Below are positions 37,232 through 46,779 of a stretch of DNA of 64,000 bases, in pieces. The stretch lies in NCBI GenBank assembly GCA_965198115.1, contig OZ240241.1, forward strand, positions 1,664,001-1,728,000. Direction: 5' to 3'. How positions within the stretch are numbered: position 1 is the first letter of the stretch; each line of letters begins with the position of its first letter. Position numbers and translations under genes: made by a program. The notes beneath the pieces are model-generated. The model ran no database searches, was not told the DNA's origin, and saw only the letters and a program-made list of their open reading frames with translations. Origin of the DNA: Candidatus Latescibacterota bacterium (lineage in GTDB: Bacteria > Latescibacterota > UBA2968).

Positions 37232-38310
37232 GATGACCCCCGCAGCCGCTCGAGCGGATGTACTCGATCCTCCAGTGGAATCGAAACGCGCCCACCCTCA
37301 ATTTGCGACGCATACGCGCCCACGATCATCTCCAACGCACTCCTCGCATCGAACGCACTCGATGCGGGTTGACTATCGTTCTGGATGCTGTCTACCAGAT
37401 TCAGAATCGCCAGACGGTTTCCGTCCTGCAGGGCAACCGGACCGGGCTGGATCGTAGACCGGTGTTGTTCGGCCGCCCAAGGTGTAAGAGCGGTGTCCTC
37501 GAGCAAGGCCACTTGATTGGCCGAAGCGTTGAAGCCGATTCGGCCCTCGGTCCCGATCAGGTCCAGACCATATGTGCGGCCGTCGCGGATGTCGCGCGCA
37601 CGTGTCTCGAAAGTCGCCGTCACGCCAGACTCGAATGCAAAGAAACTGTGAACCCGATCTCCGGCGATCGGCCCGATCGGTTCACCCGCTTCGCGGACGT
37701 CGGCGGCGGTAATGTCCCGACCCTCCTGCGTGACACGCCCGAACATCCACGCGACGTCGCCCACAAAGTACCGCATCAGGTTGAAGGAGTGGGTGCCCAG
37801 AACCATCATGTCCTCTCCACCCCCACGAAGATCGCATTTGCCCGCACTGTAGATTGAGACGACCTCACCGATCTTGCCCTCTCCGATCATCTCTTTAATA
37901 CGATGGATCTGAGGCAGATAGACGGCCTGGTGTGCGACGGCCACCTTGCGACCCGTTCGCTCGACGGCCGCGCAAATTCTATCCGCCGACTCCAGGTCGG
38001 CCGCGAGGGGCTTTTCGCAATACACGTGAGCGCCGGCTTCGAGGCAGGCGATGACCATCTCTTCGTGGCAGTCGACCCATCGAGGACAGACACTCACGAT
38101 ATCGGGCTTCTCGCGGAGCAGCATGTTTTCGTAATCCTCGTAGGATCGCTCGGCTCCCGCATCCACGCGTGCCTTTTCACGTCCTTCCGCATCCTCGTCC
38201 GACACCGCAACCAGATCGACGGCATCCACGTCCGTGTAGCAAGTGTGCAGTCCGTGTCCGAAATTGCCGCGTCCCGTGCGTCCGATCGCACAGGCCTTAA
38301 AGTCTGCCAT
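37228..38310 (-). CDS. Gfo/Idh/MocA family oxidoreductase
   Basis: TGRGNFGHGL, HVYCEKP, GGGEDMMVLGTH. Confidence 0.9.
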   Translation of the reverse strand: MADFKACAIGRTGRGNFGHGLHTCYTDVDAVDLVAVSDEDAEGREKARVDAGAERSYEDYENMLLREKPDIVSVCPRWVDCHEEMVIACLEAGAHVYCEKPLAADLESADRICAAVERTGRKVAVAHQAVYLPQIHRIKEMIGEGKIGEVVSIYSAGKCDLRGGGEDMMVLGTHSFNLMRYFVGDVAWMFGRVTQEGRDITAADVREAGEPIGPIAGDRVHSFFAFESGVTATFETRARDIRDGRTYGLDLIGTEGRIGFNASANQVALLEDTALTPWAAEQHRSTIQPGPVALQDGNRLAILNLVDSIQNDSQPASSAFDARSALEMIVGAYASQIEGGRVSIPLEDRVHPLERLRGSS

Positions 38311-39365
38311 CAGGGACCTCCATGGGGTAAGAAGACGACACCGAGCGCTTCATTCGGGGTCTGGATCAAAGCTTCACACGCCTCAGGGGCGTCTTCGAGA
38401 CGGGCCCGATGCGTGATTAGCGGCGCCACCTGAATATCACCGCGCACCATAAAATTGAGGCACTCTTCCATGTTTCTCCGCGTATGCCAGCGCACGAAAA
38501 CGGGCGGATAGTCCTCGCCCAACTCCCACGCTTCATCGTGATAACCGGGTCCCGTGCGGGCGGCGGAGCGGACGTCCAGGTTGCCGAGGGCGGCAGCGAA
38601 AGTGTGGTCGATACGCGCGCCCCCCACGATCACGACCCGCCCCATGCGGTGCGTGTCAGGGGCCCGCTTGATCGTGTCTGCCAGCATCTTGAAGGCCTCG
38701 GTGCCATCCCCGCCAAACGACATGATGCCCGCATCCAGACCCCGCCCCCGCGTGAACACCGAGATAGCTTCACGCGGATCACACTCGGCGGCATTGACAA
38801 CCTGATGGGCCCCACACGCTTGCGCAACCTGGAGACGCATCCCGAGGCGATCGATCCCGATCACGTGACATCCCGCCGCACGCCCCCACTGAAGGGCGAA
38901 CTGGCCGACCGGTCCAAGGCCCACGACCGCGAGATACTCCCCCAGCTCGGGTCCCGTGCGACGCAGGGCGTTTAAAGATGTCGCCACGAGGTGGATGGAT
39001 GCGGCTGCTTCGTCGGTCACGCTCTCCGGGATCGGGACGGCCAGATTCTGAGGAACGACCGCGTGTGTGGCGTGCTCGGCATAGTTTCCGCCCATGCACG
39101 CCACTCGCGTCCCCGATGCGAGGTCCTCGACATCGGGTCCGCATTCCAAAATAACACCGGCGTTGGAATATCCGAACGATCTGGGCGGTGTGTCTTGCGG
39201 ATTCCGGCGCCGATCGACGACCCTGCCCAGTTCGGATCCTGGGCTGACCATGCTCGCACCCACGCGAATCAGGATCTCCCCAGCGCCGGGATCGTCCAGC
39301 TCGTCTTCCACCACCGCGATGCGACCCGCGCCGTCGATCGTGAGAACTCGTCTCGTCACACCCAT
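38310..39365 (-). CDS. Zinc-binding dehydrogenase-like (MDR) oxidoreductase
   Basis: VSPGSE, FGYSNAG, GLGPVG, LITHR. Confidence 0.85.
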   Translation of the reverse strand: MGVTRRVLTIDGAGRIAVVEDELDDPGAGEILIRVGASMVSPGSELGRVVDRRRNPQDTPPRSFGYSNAGVILECGPDVEDLASGTRVACMGGNYAEHATHAVVPQNLAVPIPESVTDEAAASIHLVATSLNALRRTGPELGEYLAVVGLGPVGQFALQWGRAAGCHVIGIDRLGMRLQVAQACGAHQVVNAAECDPREAISVFTRGRGLDAGIMSFGGDGTEAFKMLADTIKRAPDTHRMGRVVIVGGARIDHTFAAALGNLDVRSAARTGPGYHDEAWELGEDYPPVFVRWHTRRNMEECLNFMVRGDIQVAPLITHRARLEDAPEACEALIQTPNEALGVVFLPHGGP

Positions 39366-39367
39366 AT

Positions 39368-40159
39368 TTATAGGCTCACGATCTTTCGCATGCGGGCTGC
39401 CATTTCGATCTGTGTGTCCCGATCGCCCCCGACTTCGTGGATGACCGGGCGATCGTAGCCAATCGCGCGAAGATCAGCGACCACCGTTGCCCAGTCCGTA
39501 TCGCCATCCATCAACGGAACGAACTGCCGGTCCTTCCTGACAAAGTCCTTGAAGTGGACGCGGGCGATCCTGCCGCCCAACCCACGAATCCAGTGCTCGG
39601 GAAAGCCATAAAACATCATGTTCGCCGTGTCGAGGTAGATTCCGATCCGCGGACTCGCGATTTCGTCGACCAGCTGCGCGGCCTCTCTTGGACTCAGCAT
39701 GAACTTGTTCCAGACGTTTTCGATTCCGACGGTCACACCCTTCTCTTCTGCCAGGGGCGCGATATCCTTCATGCCGCCGACCATCCAGTCCCAGGCCTCC
39801 TCATACGTCCCCTCGGCCGTGAGCTGGCCCGGGTGGAGCAGCACGGCGTCGACGCCGAGGGCGTGCGCGATTTCGATCGACCGGGCAAGACATTTAGCCC
39901 CTTGCTTTCGCTGCGCCCCGTCCGGGTGGATGAAGCACCCGCGGTCGGCATACCAGGCGATCGAGCTGCCCACTTCGACGCCCGCGACGTCGCATCGTCG
40001 GCGGACGTCGCGAATCTCGTCTTCGGTCATGTCCACGTCGGGGTCGCGACCGGCGCCAAAAACGAGCTCGACCGCTTCGTAACCCGCATCCTGGCAGAGT
40101 TGGAGTGTGTCATCCAAACTGAGATCGCTCAGTATGATCTGCGTGACTCCGATTTTCAC
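39368..40159 (-). CDS. Sugar phosphate isomerase/epimerase (AP-endonuclease-2 TIM barrel)
   Basis: IENVWNKF, DTAN, VHFKD, HEV metal-binding motifs. Confidence 0.9.
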   Translation of the reverse strand: MKIGVTQIILSDLSLDDTLQLCQDAGYEAVELVFGAGRDPDVDMTEDEIRDVRRRCDVAGVEVGSSIAWYADRGCFIHPDGAQRKQGAKCLARSIEIAHALGVDAVLLHPGQLTAEGTYEEAWDWMVGGMKDIAPLAEEKGVTVGIENVWNKFMLSPREAAQLVDEIASPRIGIYLDTANMMFYGFPEHWIRGLGGRIARVHFKDFVRKDRQFVPLMDGDTDWATVVADLRAIGYDRPVIHEVGGDRDTQIEMAARMRKIVSL

Positions 40160-40172
40160 AAAGGACCTCCGG

Positions 40173-41060
40173 TTAGGCCACCGGGTAGGCGAGTGCGCCC
40201 GGGACCGTGTTTTCGATCGCGTAAACCGACGTCATCGCGGTGATGTAGAGTGTTCGGAGATCGTCTCCACCAAACGTGCAGTTCGCCGGTGCCTCGGGCA
40301 CGGGGAGAAAGGCGAGGTGTTCGCCCTCAGGAGAGAAGACATACACCCCACCCCTCTCTTCGCTTCCCGCCGTCACATAGACGTTTCCGTCCGTATCCAG
40401 AACCATCCCGTCACCACCGCGGCCAGGAGCGAAATCGTAGATCTCGGCCTTCACAAGCCATTGTCCGTCGTCATCCAGACCGTAGGAAAGGAGTTTCCGA
40501 GCGCCCCATTCGTCAGGGTTGTTGTCGACCAGAACGATCGTCTTTCCATCCCGTGACATCACGATCCCGTTGGGGGTCTCGACATCGTCGATCACCCGGA
40601 CCAGTCTGCCGTCGAACTCTATCCTGTAGACCGCCATCGCATCCTGCTCGCAATCAGTCCGGTCGCCGTATCTTGGATCCGTGAAGTAAATGCGGCCTTC
40701 CGGGTCGAAACAGAGATCGTTCGGGCTGTTCAGACGCTTTCCGTCGTAGGCCGACGCAAGAACGGTCTCCGTCCCATCCGGTTCGAAGCGAACGACCGCC
40801 CGCCGCCCACCGTCTCCCTGCGCACAGCACGCCAGCAGCCGCCCCTCGGAATCGAAATTCATTCCATTCGCTCGCCCGCTGGGCTCTCGCCAGACTTCCT
40901 GTCGCCCATCCTTTCGAAGCACGTGGATACGGTTTCTCGGGCAATCGCTGAAGTAAAGATTCCCCTCGGCATCAGCGGCGGGGCCTTCTGTGAATTCGCA
41001 ACCACTCGCCACCTGCCTTAACTCGGCGCCAGTCGCAAACGGACCGTTTTCTTGAGCCAT
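40173..41060 (-). CDS. SMP-30/gluconolactonase family protein
   Basis: FTEGP, ANG, LNSPND, YFTDP, PNGI, GDGM, NCTFGG. Confidence 0.93.
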   Translation of the reverse strand: MAQENGPFATGAELRQVASGCEFTEGPAADAEGNLYFSDCPRNRIHVLRKDGRQEVWREPSGRANGMNFDSEGRLLACCAQGDGGRRAVVRFEPDGTETVLASAYDGKRLNSPNDLCFDPEGRIYFTDPRYGDRTDCEQDAMAVYRIEFDGRLVRVIDDVETPNGIVMSRDGKTIVLVDNNPDEWGARKLLSYGLDDDGQWLVKAEIYDFAPGRGGDGMVLDTDGNVYVTAGSEERGGVYVFSPEGEHLAFLPVPEAPANCTFGGDDLRTLYITAMTSVYAIENTVPGALAYPVA

Positions 41061-41072
41061 CTTCTACGTCCC

Positions 41073-41841
41073 TTAAAACGCGAAGGAAAAACCTGAAACG
41101 AGCTGCAGATCCGCTCGCCCAACGTCTTCGGGCGGTCCGGCGTCATACTGAAACCGCACGGTCGTCACGATCTCCACGTGCTTTCCGACCGCCACACCCA
41201 GCCTCGTGGAAACAAGTACCCGCGGGTCGTCGACCTCCGGCAGACGGGGCTGGACGTAGACCACTGCCGTGCACCCCACCGAGTCATCATTTCGGGTCGC
41301 AGCCGACGCATAGAAGCTGATGCGATGGTTGGTCGTTCGCGCCGGGTGGATGTCACCCGACACGAGGTCGTTGCGCTCGTGCTCGAGCAGGTAAGAGATA
41401 CTCAGAAACAGTCGCGAAGAACCGTCCTCAAGGACGCGAGTCCGCAGTCCTCCGCCACCCAGTGACCTGAACGACAGATTGCGTGCCAGGTCGTAATTCG
41501 TCTGGGCGAAGAACTCTGGACGGAACCGCGATCGCGTCGACGACTCGTGTCTGAGATGCACCAGACCGCTGTTCGAAAACCGTTCGCCGCCCTCCCAGCC
41601 GATGTCTCCGTTCACAATCACCAGCTGCTTGCTCGAATTCGTTGAACGATCCAGCCTGAACGCGGGTTCGAACTCGACGAGTTCGACATTGCCCGACCTC
41701 AGGGTCAATCCGAACTCGAACCGGCCCGAAGTCCCGATCGTATCGGCGCTCGCCCTCGCTGTTTCGATGTTGACCTGCTGCCCACACTGGAGACGCGAGC
41801 CCCACAAGCCACGCCACGATCAAACGGACGCCAGAATTCAC
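41073..41841 (-). CDS. DUF481 family outer-membrane protein, 1-nt frameshift near 41780
   Basis: QVNIE...GNV, FFAQTNYD, GGGLR, YVQP, C-terminal FSFAF. The signal peptide (VNSGVRLIVAWLVGLASPVWA) is in an adjacent frame; removing one base restores it. Confidence 0.72.
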
Positions 41842-42049
41842 GGTCCGAAAACCACGAGGGTCGAGCTGAGCGAGATCTCCGATGCGGGCACGCTTCATTC
41901 CTTGGATGCGCGGGTTCTGGCACCCACCGATCGGTCGATACCAGGGCAAAGAAGGACCCCACCTACGGTTGCACAAGGAAAAACCCCGCTCATCACAGGT
42001 TCGTCGAATACGATCGTATTCTGACCGAAGGGAAGCAGGTGAGCACGCC

Positions 42050-42835
42050 CTAACCCGCCGCGCCGGCGTTCACGCCCAAGCCACGTCGGTAGGCCTCGAA
42101 CGAAAACAAGTCGTCGGGAGCGACGTTGCCCACATTGACCTCGTTGCCATACCGATCGACGAGTTCACGTCGCATTCTGTGAATGTCGTGAGGGTTGACA
42201 CCCGCGATCCAGGGTCCCGGTAGCTCGAACATGACCCCCTCGACCCCGACGGCCGCGACGACGTCCTCGACCTCTCTGGCCGTATCCTCGTCCGCGTTCA
42301 CGAGTTCGGCAGCCTCGAGCAGAATGATGGCGGCACCCGCATCTCGACACGCACGAGCGTCATCTGCGAACGAGGGACCGTGCGCAAGACCTTCCTTCTT
42401 GCCCACTTCGCCGAACACCTGCATGTCGAACTCGACGACAGCCCGTCGAATCACAGCGACCTTCCAATCGAGCGTGACGTCTGCCACATTGTCGGAGACC
42501 TCGACCCATCGATAACCGGCCTCCTGGCAAGCGGGCAGGTAGGCCTCGGTTTTCCCGCTGATCTCCGCGTACTCCAGAAACTGGCCGCCGGGGAAAGCTT
42601 CGATTTCCCCGGCTTGATACGCCTCGATCTTTCGTTTAAGCAGATTGTTCGAGTAGAGCCTCGACATGCCAACCGCAATCTTCGCAAACTCGAAGTAGCG
42701 TCCACCCACGGCCAGCAGGTCCTCCTGTTGATTCGGGCCGATGCCCCAATCGACGACCATCGTCGTTCCTGTCGAGCGCGGTTTGTTCGATCGTTCCAGG
42801 CCGTCCAATCCGTTGAAAATATGATCCGTGTCCAC
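42050..42835 (-). CDS. comA: Phosphosulfolactate synthase (ComA family)
   Basis: KPRSTGTTMVVDWG, FAKI, PGGQFLE, VEVSD, EVGKK, EVNVGNV, EAYRRGL. Confidence 0.88.
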   Translation of the reverse strand: MDTDHIFNGLDGLERSNKPRSTGTTMVVDWGIGPNQQEDLLAVGGRYFEFAKIAVGMSRLYSNNLLKRKIEAYQAGEIEAFPGGQFLEYAEISGKTEAYLPACQEAGYRWVEVSDNVADVTLDWKVAVIRRAVVEFDMQVFGEVGKKEGLAHGPSFADDARACRDAGAAIILLEAAELVNADEDTAREVEDVVAAVGVEGVMFELPGPWIAGVNPHDIHRMRRELVDRYGNEVNVGNVAPDDLFSFEAYRRGLGVNAGAAG

Positions 42836-42912
42836 TCAGAGCCTCCCGTGATCACCATTTTTGACAAAACGTGTGGAACGCGCTCGGTCAAGCCCCTATC
42901 TTCTCAGACATC

Positions 42913-43797
42913 ATGCCCGGCGGAAACGAAATTCCACACGATCTCATCTCAGACTACGCACAATGTCGGGAAATCACCACGACTCACTACGAAAACTTTC
43001 CCGTCGGGTCTCTGCTTCTTCCATCCCACATCCGTCCCCACGTTTACAGCATCTACGCCTTTGCTCGGACGGCCGATGACTTAGCCGACGAGCCGGGCCT
43101 GAAGAAGGAGGAACGGCTCGTTCGCCTGGACGAATGGGCCCGCAGACTGGACACCGTATCAACCTCGCCCGAGGGTCCCATCTTCCGGGCCCTCGGCCAC
43201 ACGCTGCAGATGCACCCGATTCCCCTTCGATTGTTGTCCGACCTGCTAGGGGCGTTCCGCCAGGATGTCTTGCAGGATCGGCACGAAACGTGGGGTGACC
43301 TTCTGGCCTACGCCGAGCGCTCGGCAAACCCGGTGGGGCGGATCATTCTCCACCTGTTCGGGTATCACGACGAGGAAAGAGCCGCCCTTTCGGACAAGAT
43401 CTGTACGGCACTGCAGTTCGCCAACTTCTGGCAGGATGTGGCTGTCGATTTCGACCGCAACCGGGTCTATTTGCCCCAGCAAGAGATGGTCGCCCACGGG
43501 GTGACCGAATCGGATCTGGCGAGCGGCAGACCGACATCGGGTTTTCGCGCGCTCCTGACGGACCTCTGCGCACGAACCAAGGTGCTGTTCGACCAGGGTG
43601 TGGCGTTGCCCGAACGCGTGCGTGGCCGTCTCAAGTATGAGCTCAGACTCACGTGGCTGGGCGGATCCACAATCCTGAGGCACATACGTCGTGCCGATTG
43701 CGACATCTTCGGGCGGAGACCCCGAATCGGTCGGACCCTCACCATCCGTCTATTGATCAAAAGCCTTCGGCCCCTCCGCGTGACGAGGACGGTGTGA
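42913..43797 (+). CDS. hpnC: Squalene synthase HpnC
   Basis: HYENFPVGS, YAFARTADDLADE, AFRQDV, SANPVGR, ICTALQFANFWQD. Confidence 0.93.
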   Translation: MPGGNEIPHDLISDYAQCREITTTHYENFPVGSLLLPSHIRPHVYSIYAFARTADDLADEPGLKKEERLVRLDEWARRLDTVSTSPEGPIFRALGHTLQMHPIPLRLLSDLLGAFRQDVLQDRHETWGDLLAYAERSANPVGRIILHLFGYHDEERAALSDKICTALQFANFWQDVAVDFDRNRVYLPQQEMVAHGVTESDLASGRPTSGFRALLTDLCARTKVLFDQGVALPERVRGRLKYELRLTWLGGSTILRHIRRADCDIFGRRPRIGRTLTIRLLIKSLRPLRVTRTV

Positions 43798-44639
43798 GCG
43801 TCGGGGGCCACGCCTCGAAGGTCGTCCGTAGGGCGAGATCGAACTTTTTCTGGGCGTTCGTCTTCCTCGATAGACCCCGTAGAGACGCTATCTTCAGCGC
43901 ATATGCCTTCGCAAGACACACGGACGATCTGGTCGACGAAGCGCAGTCGGCAGACGACGCCCGCCGGAATTTGGACCGGTGGCGCACCGAACTGGATGCC
44001 TGTTACGAAGGGTCGGCCACCCTCCCGATCACACGCGACCTGCACGAAACGCTCGCCCGCTTTCCGATTCCCAAGAAATACTTTCAACAGCTGGTGGATG
44101 GCGTCGAAATGGACCTGATTCACGATCGCTATCCAACATTCGAGTCACTCTATGCCTACTGCTACAGCGTGGCTTCGATCGTTGGTCTCATCTGCATCGA
44201 GATTTTCGGATACCGGAGTCCATTGACCAAAGACTATGCGGAAAGACTGGGCATTGCTCTTCAGTTGACCAACATCCTTCGCGATCTGGGTGAGGACGGA
44301 GCGCGTAATCGCATCTACCTTCCACAAAACGAGATCGAACGGTTTGGTTATTCTGAAAAGGCACTGCTGAGGGGGGATCGTACAGAGGCGTTCAACGACC
44401 TGATGCGATTTCAGGTTGCCCGTGCGCGACGCTACTACCGTGGCGCCGAACTGGCGCTATCCGACATCGACCGGCCCGCGATGTTTCCAGCGGAGACGAT
44501 GGGAACCATCTACTCCCGTCTGCTAGGCCGGATCGAGGCTGAGGAATACAATGTGTTCGAGTGGCGGGCGACCGTTCCGACGGCCGTTAAAATCGGCATC
44601 GCGCTGAAAAATTTCCTGGCGAGCAAGGTACGGCCGTGA
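43794..44639 (+). CDS. hpnD: Presqualene diphosphate synthase HpnD
   Basis: SNFFWAF, YAFARHTDDLVD, YCYSVAS, LGIALQLTNILRD, RIYLP; GTG overlaps the hpnC stop. Confidence 0.9.
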   Translation: MSVGGHASKVVRRARSNFFWAFVFLDRPRRDAIFSAYAFARHTDDLVDEAQSADDARRNLDRWRTELDACYEGSATLPITRDLHETLARFPIPKKYFQQLVDGVEMDLIHDRYPTFESLYAYCYSVASIVGLICIEIFGYRSPLTKDYAERLGIALQLTNILRDLGEDGARNRIYLPQNEIERFGYSEKALLRGDRTEAFNDLMRFQVARARRYYRGAELALSDIDRPAMFPAETMGTIYSRLLGRIEAEEYNVFEWRATVPTAVKIGIALKNFLASKVRP

Positions 44640-45937
44640 AGGTCACTGTCGTCGGCGGTGGATTCGCGGGTATGTCCGCGGCGGTAGAGCTGAGCAGACG
44701 TGGCGCGCGCGTGACGCTCCTCGAAAGTCGGAGACGTCTTGGGGGCCGCGCCTATTCCTTTCTCGATCCGGTAACGGGATCCGTCGTCGACAACGGGCAA
44801 CACGTCCTCATGAGGTGTTGCACGGCTACGCTCGAGTTCTTGAAAATTTTAGGATCCGACTCCCTCGTCACTTTTCAGGAAACCCTGGACCTGGAATTCC
44901 TCGAGGTGCCTGGGACCGCTCGTCTTCGAGCAGCGAGGCGCCTGCCGGGGCGGTTGTCACTTCTGGTCGGGCTGCTGCGATTCAGCAGCGTACCATGGTA
45001 TCAGGGGATGGCCGTGATCAGGATCGCCGCCGCACTCGATCCGCCGCCTGATGATGCGTTGTCCGTAGAAGCGTGGCTGCATTCCGCAAGGCAGCCTGAA
45101 GGACTCATCGAGCGATTCTGGGCGCCGTTGTGCATCTCCGTCATGAACCAGCGTCCTCGCACCGCTTCCGCGCGTCTGTTCGCGGCCGTCGTGCGGGAAG
45201 CTTTTGGGGCAACCGCACAGGACGGAAACCTGGGGTGGGCGACAGCGGGGCTCAGTCAGCTGCACGATCCGGTCACGGCCTACCTGCAGAGGTCCCAAGG
45301 CGACGTACACGTCGGCGCAATGGCCCGCGCCATCACCCCCGGGACCCGCCCTGCGACCGAATTGAAGTCGGGTGATCGAATCGAATCCGACGCCGTCGTC
45401 GTGGCGGTGCCGCCTCCCTCTGCGGGGCGGCTCCTGTCCATCCGAGATTTCCCGGATCTGGCTGCTCGACTGTCGCAGTTCGTCCCCTCACCAATCGTCA
45501 GCGTTAACCTGTGGACCGAACACCCGCTCGTCGATCGTCCGTTCGTCGGGTTTGTGACTGGATCGTTCGACTGGGTCTTCCGAAGAGATCTGCTACTGGG
45601 AAAAGAATCAGCCGGGAAGGGATATCATACCTGTTTGATCGCGAGCGCAGCCGACCATCTCGATAACCTGGACAATCGCAGAATCTACGAGCGCGCGTTG
45701 GAGACACTCGCCGACGCTGGCCTCTCGGTGGGGAAGGGCGAGATCATTCACCACTCGGTCATTCGCGAACCCCGGGCGACTTATGCGCTGCCCCTGGGGG
45801 TCTCACCGATCGATCACCGAACGGAGCGGGACGGGATCGTGCTCGCCGGGGACTGGACGAATACCGGATTCCCCTGCACCATCGAAGGAGCCATTCGCAG
45901 CGGTCGAATGGCGGCAGATGCCCTCGCGGATCGCTGA
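44636..45937 (+). CDS. hpnE: Hydroxysqualene dehydroxylase HpnE
   Basis: VVGGGFAGMSAA, LGGRAYS, DNGQHVL, EPRAT, AGDWTNTGFPCTIEGAIRSG. Confidence 0.92.
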   Translation: MKVTVVGGGFAGMSAAVELSRRGARVTLLESRRRLGGRAYSFLDPVTGSVVDNGQHVLMRCCTATLEFLKILGSDSLVTFQETLDLEFLEVPGTARLRAARRLPGRLSLLVGLLRFSSVPWYQGMAVIRIAAALDPPPDDALSVEAWLHSARQPEGLIERFWAPLCISVMNQRPRTASARLFAAVVREAFGATAQDGNLGWATAGLSQLHDPVTAYLQRSQGDVHVGAMARAITPGTRPATELKSGDRIESDAVVVAVPPPSAGRLLSIRDFPDLAARLSQFVPSPIVSVNLWTEHPLVDRPFVGFVTGSFDWVFRRDLLLGKESAGKGYHTCLIASAADHLDNLDNRRIYERALETLADAGLSVGKGEIIHHSVIREPRATYALPLGVSPIDHRTERDGIVLAGDWTNTGFPCTIEGAIRSGRMAADALADR

Positions 45938-45940
45938 CGT

Positions 45941-46324
45941 CTATCCTACGCGAAACTTTGAAATGCCCTCGGTGATGAACGTCTTCGTTTCCAGATCGAG
46001 TGCGTAGATCTCTTCGATACGATCGTCATCCAATTCGCCCGTCACCAAAGGCAGGGCATCGATCTGGTAAAACTGCTCGCCGTCAGTGGCCTGTGCGGCA
46101 AGCCGGGCGGTGCCCGTATCCCGCGCGCTGAACAGCGTGAAAAAGATCTGCGGGCTGAGTGCGTAAAGGTGGCTTCCACGACCCAGGTACTCTCCCGTTT
46201 CCTGAAGACTCAATCCCGCATTGACGAGAAGCTCCTGGTAGGCGTCGACCTCGCCTAGAACCGCAACGACGTCGTCCTTCTCCAGCACATAGACCGTGTA
46301 GCTGCCGACCTTCTTCTGTCGCAC
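45941..46324 (-). CDS. Hypothetical protein (127 aa, acidic)
   Basis: Globular composition; GAGG RBS; last gene of a co-directional run. Confidence 0.65.
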   Translation of the reverse strand: MRQKKVGSYTVYVLEKDDVVAVLGEVDAYQELLVNAGLSLQETGEYLGRGSHLYALSPQIFFTLFSARDTGTARLAAQATDGEQFYQIDALPLVTGELDDDRIEEIYALDLETKTFITEGISKFRVG

Positions 46325-46333
46325 GCGAGCCCT

Positions 46334-46735
46334 CTATCGGCCGAGATACCACGTCTCCGTCTGAGCCTGACCGAAGCGATTGATTTTCCTGATGCGGAGT
46401 CCCTCTCCCTCGTCGAGGATTTCCCCTGCGTAGCGGGAGAAGGTCAGCCACGAGTAGAACACGATCTGCGCCCCGACCTTCGTGAAAACGCCCCGATCGG
46501 AGCGAGGTGCGGCGGACCTTTGGGAAATAAACGTGACAGCTTCCCACGTCCCTTTGGCGTCTCCGATCATCTTGAGACTGCCGGAGACGAGAAGCACGTG
46601 CTCGGATCGCGCGTCGGGGTCGAACAGACGTTCGAACGTGGCAGCCTCAAGCCCGTAGACTGTGATCGTAGCCGGTTCCACCGAAGGCAGAACCAGCATC
46701 AACAGGATCAGTATGGTCGATAGGAAGTTGCGCAA
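46334..46735 (-). CDS. Hypothetical secreted protein
   Basis: Signal-like LRNFLSTILILLMLVLPSVEPA; start uncertain (46735-46798). Confidence 0.6.
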   Translation of the reverse strand: MRNFLSTILILLMLVLPSVEPATITVYGLEAATFERLFDPDARSEHVLLVSGSLKMIGDAKGTWEAVTFISQRSAAPRSDRGVFTKVGAQIVFYSWLTFSRYAGEILDEGEGLRIRKINRFGQAQTETWYLGR

Positions 46736-46779
46736 AAGGGGTCCCCCTGATCCCATCGGCATCCCGGGCGGTTTCTTGA

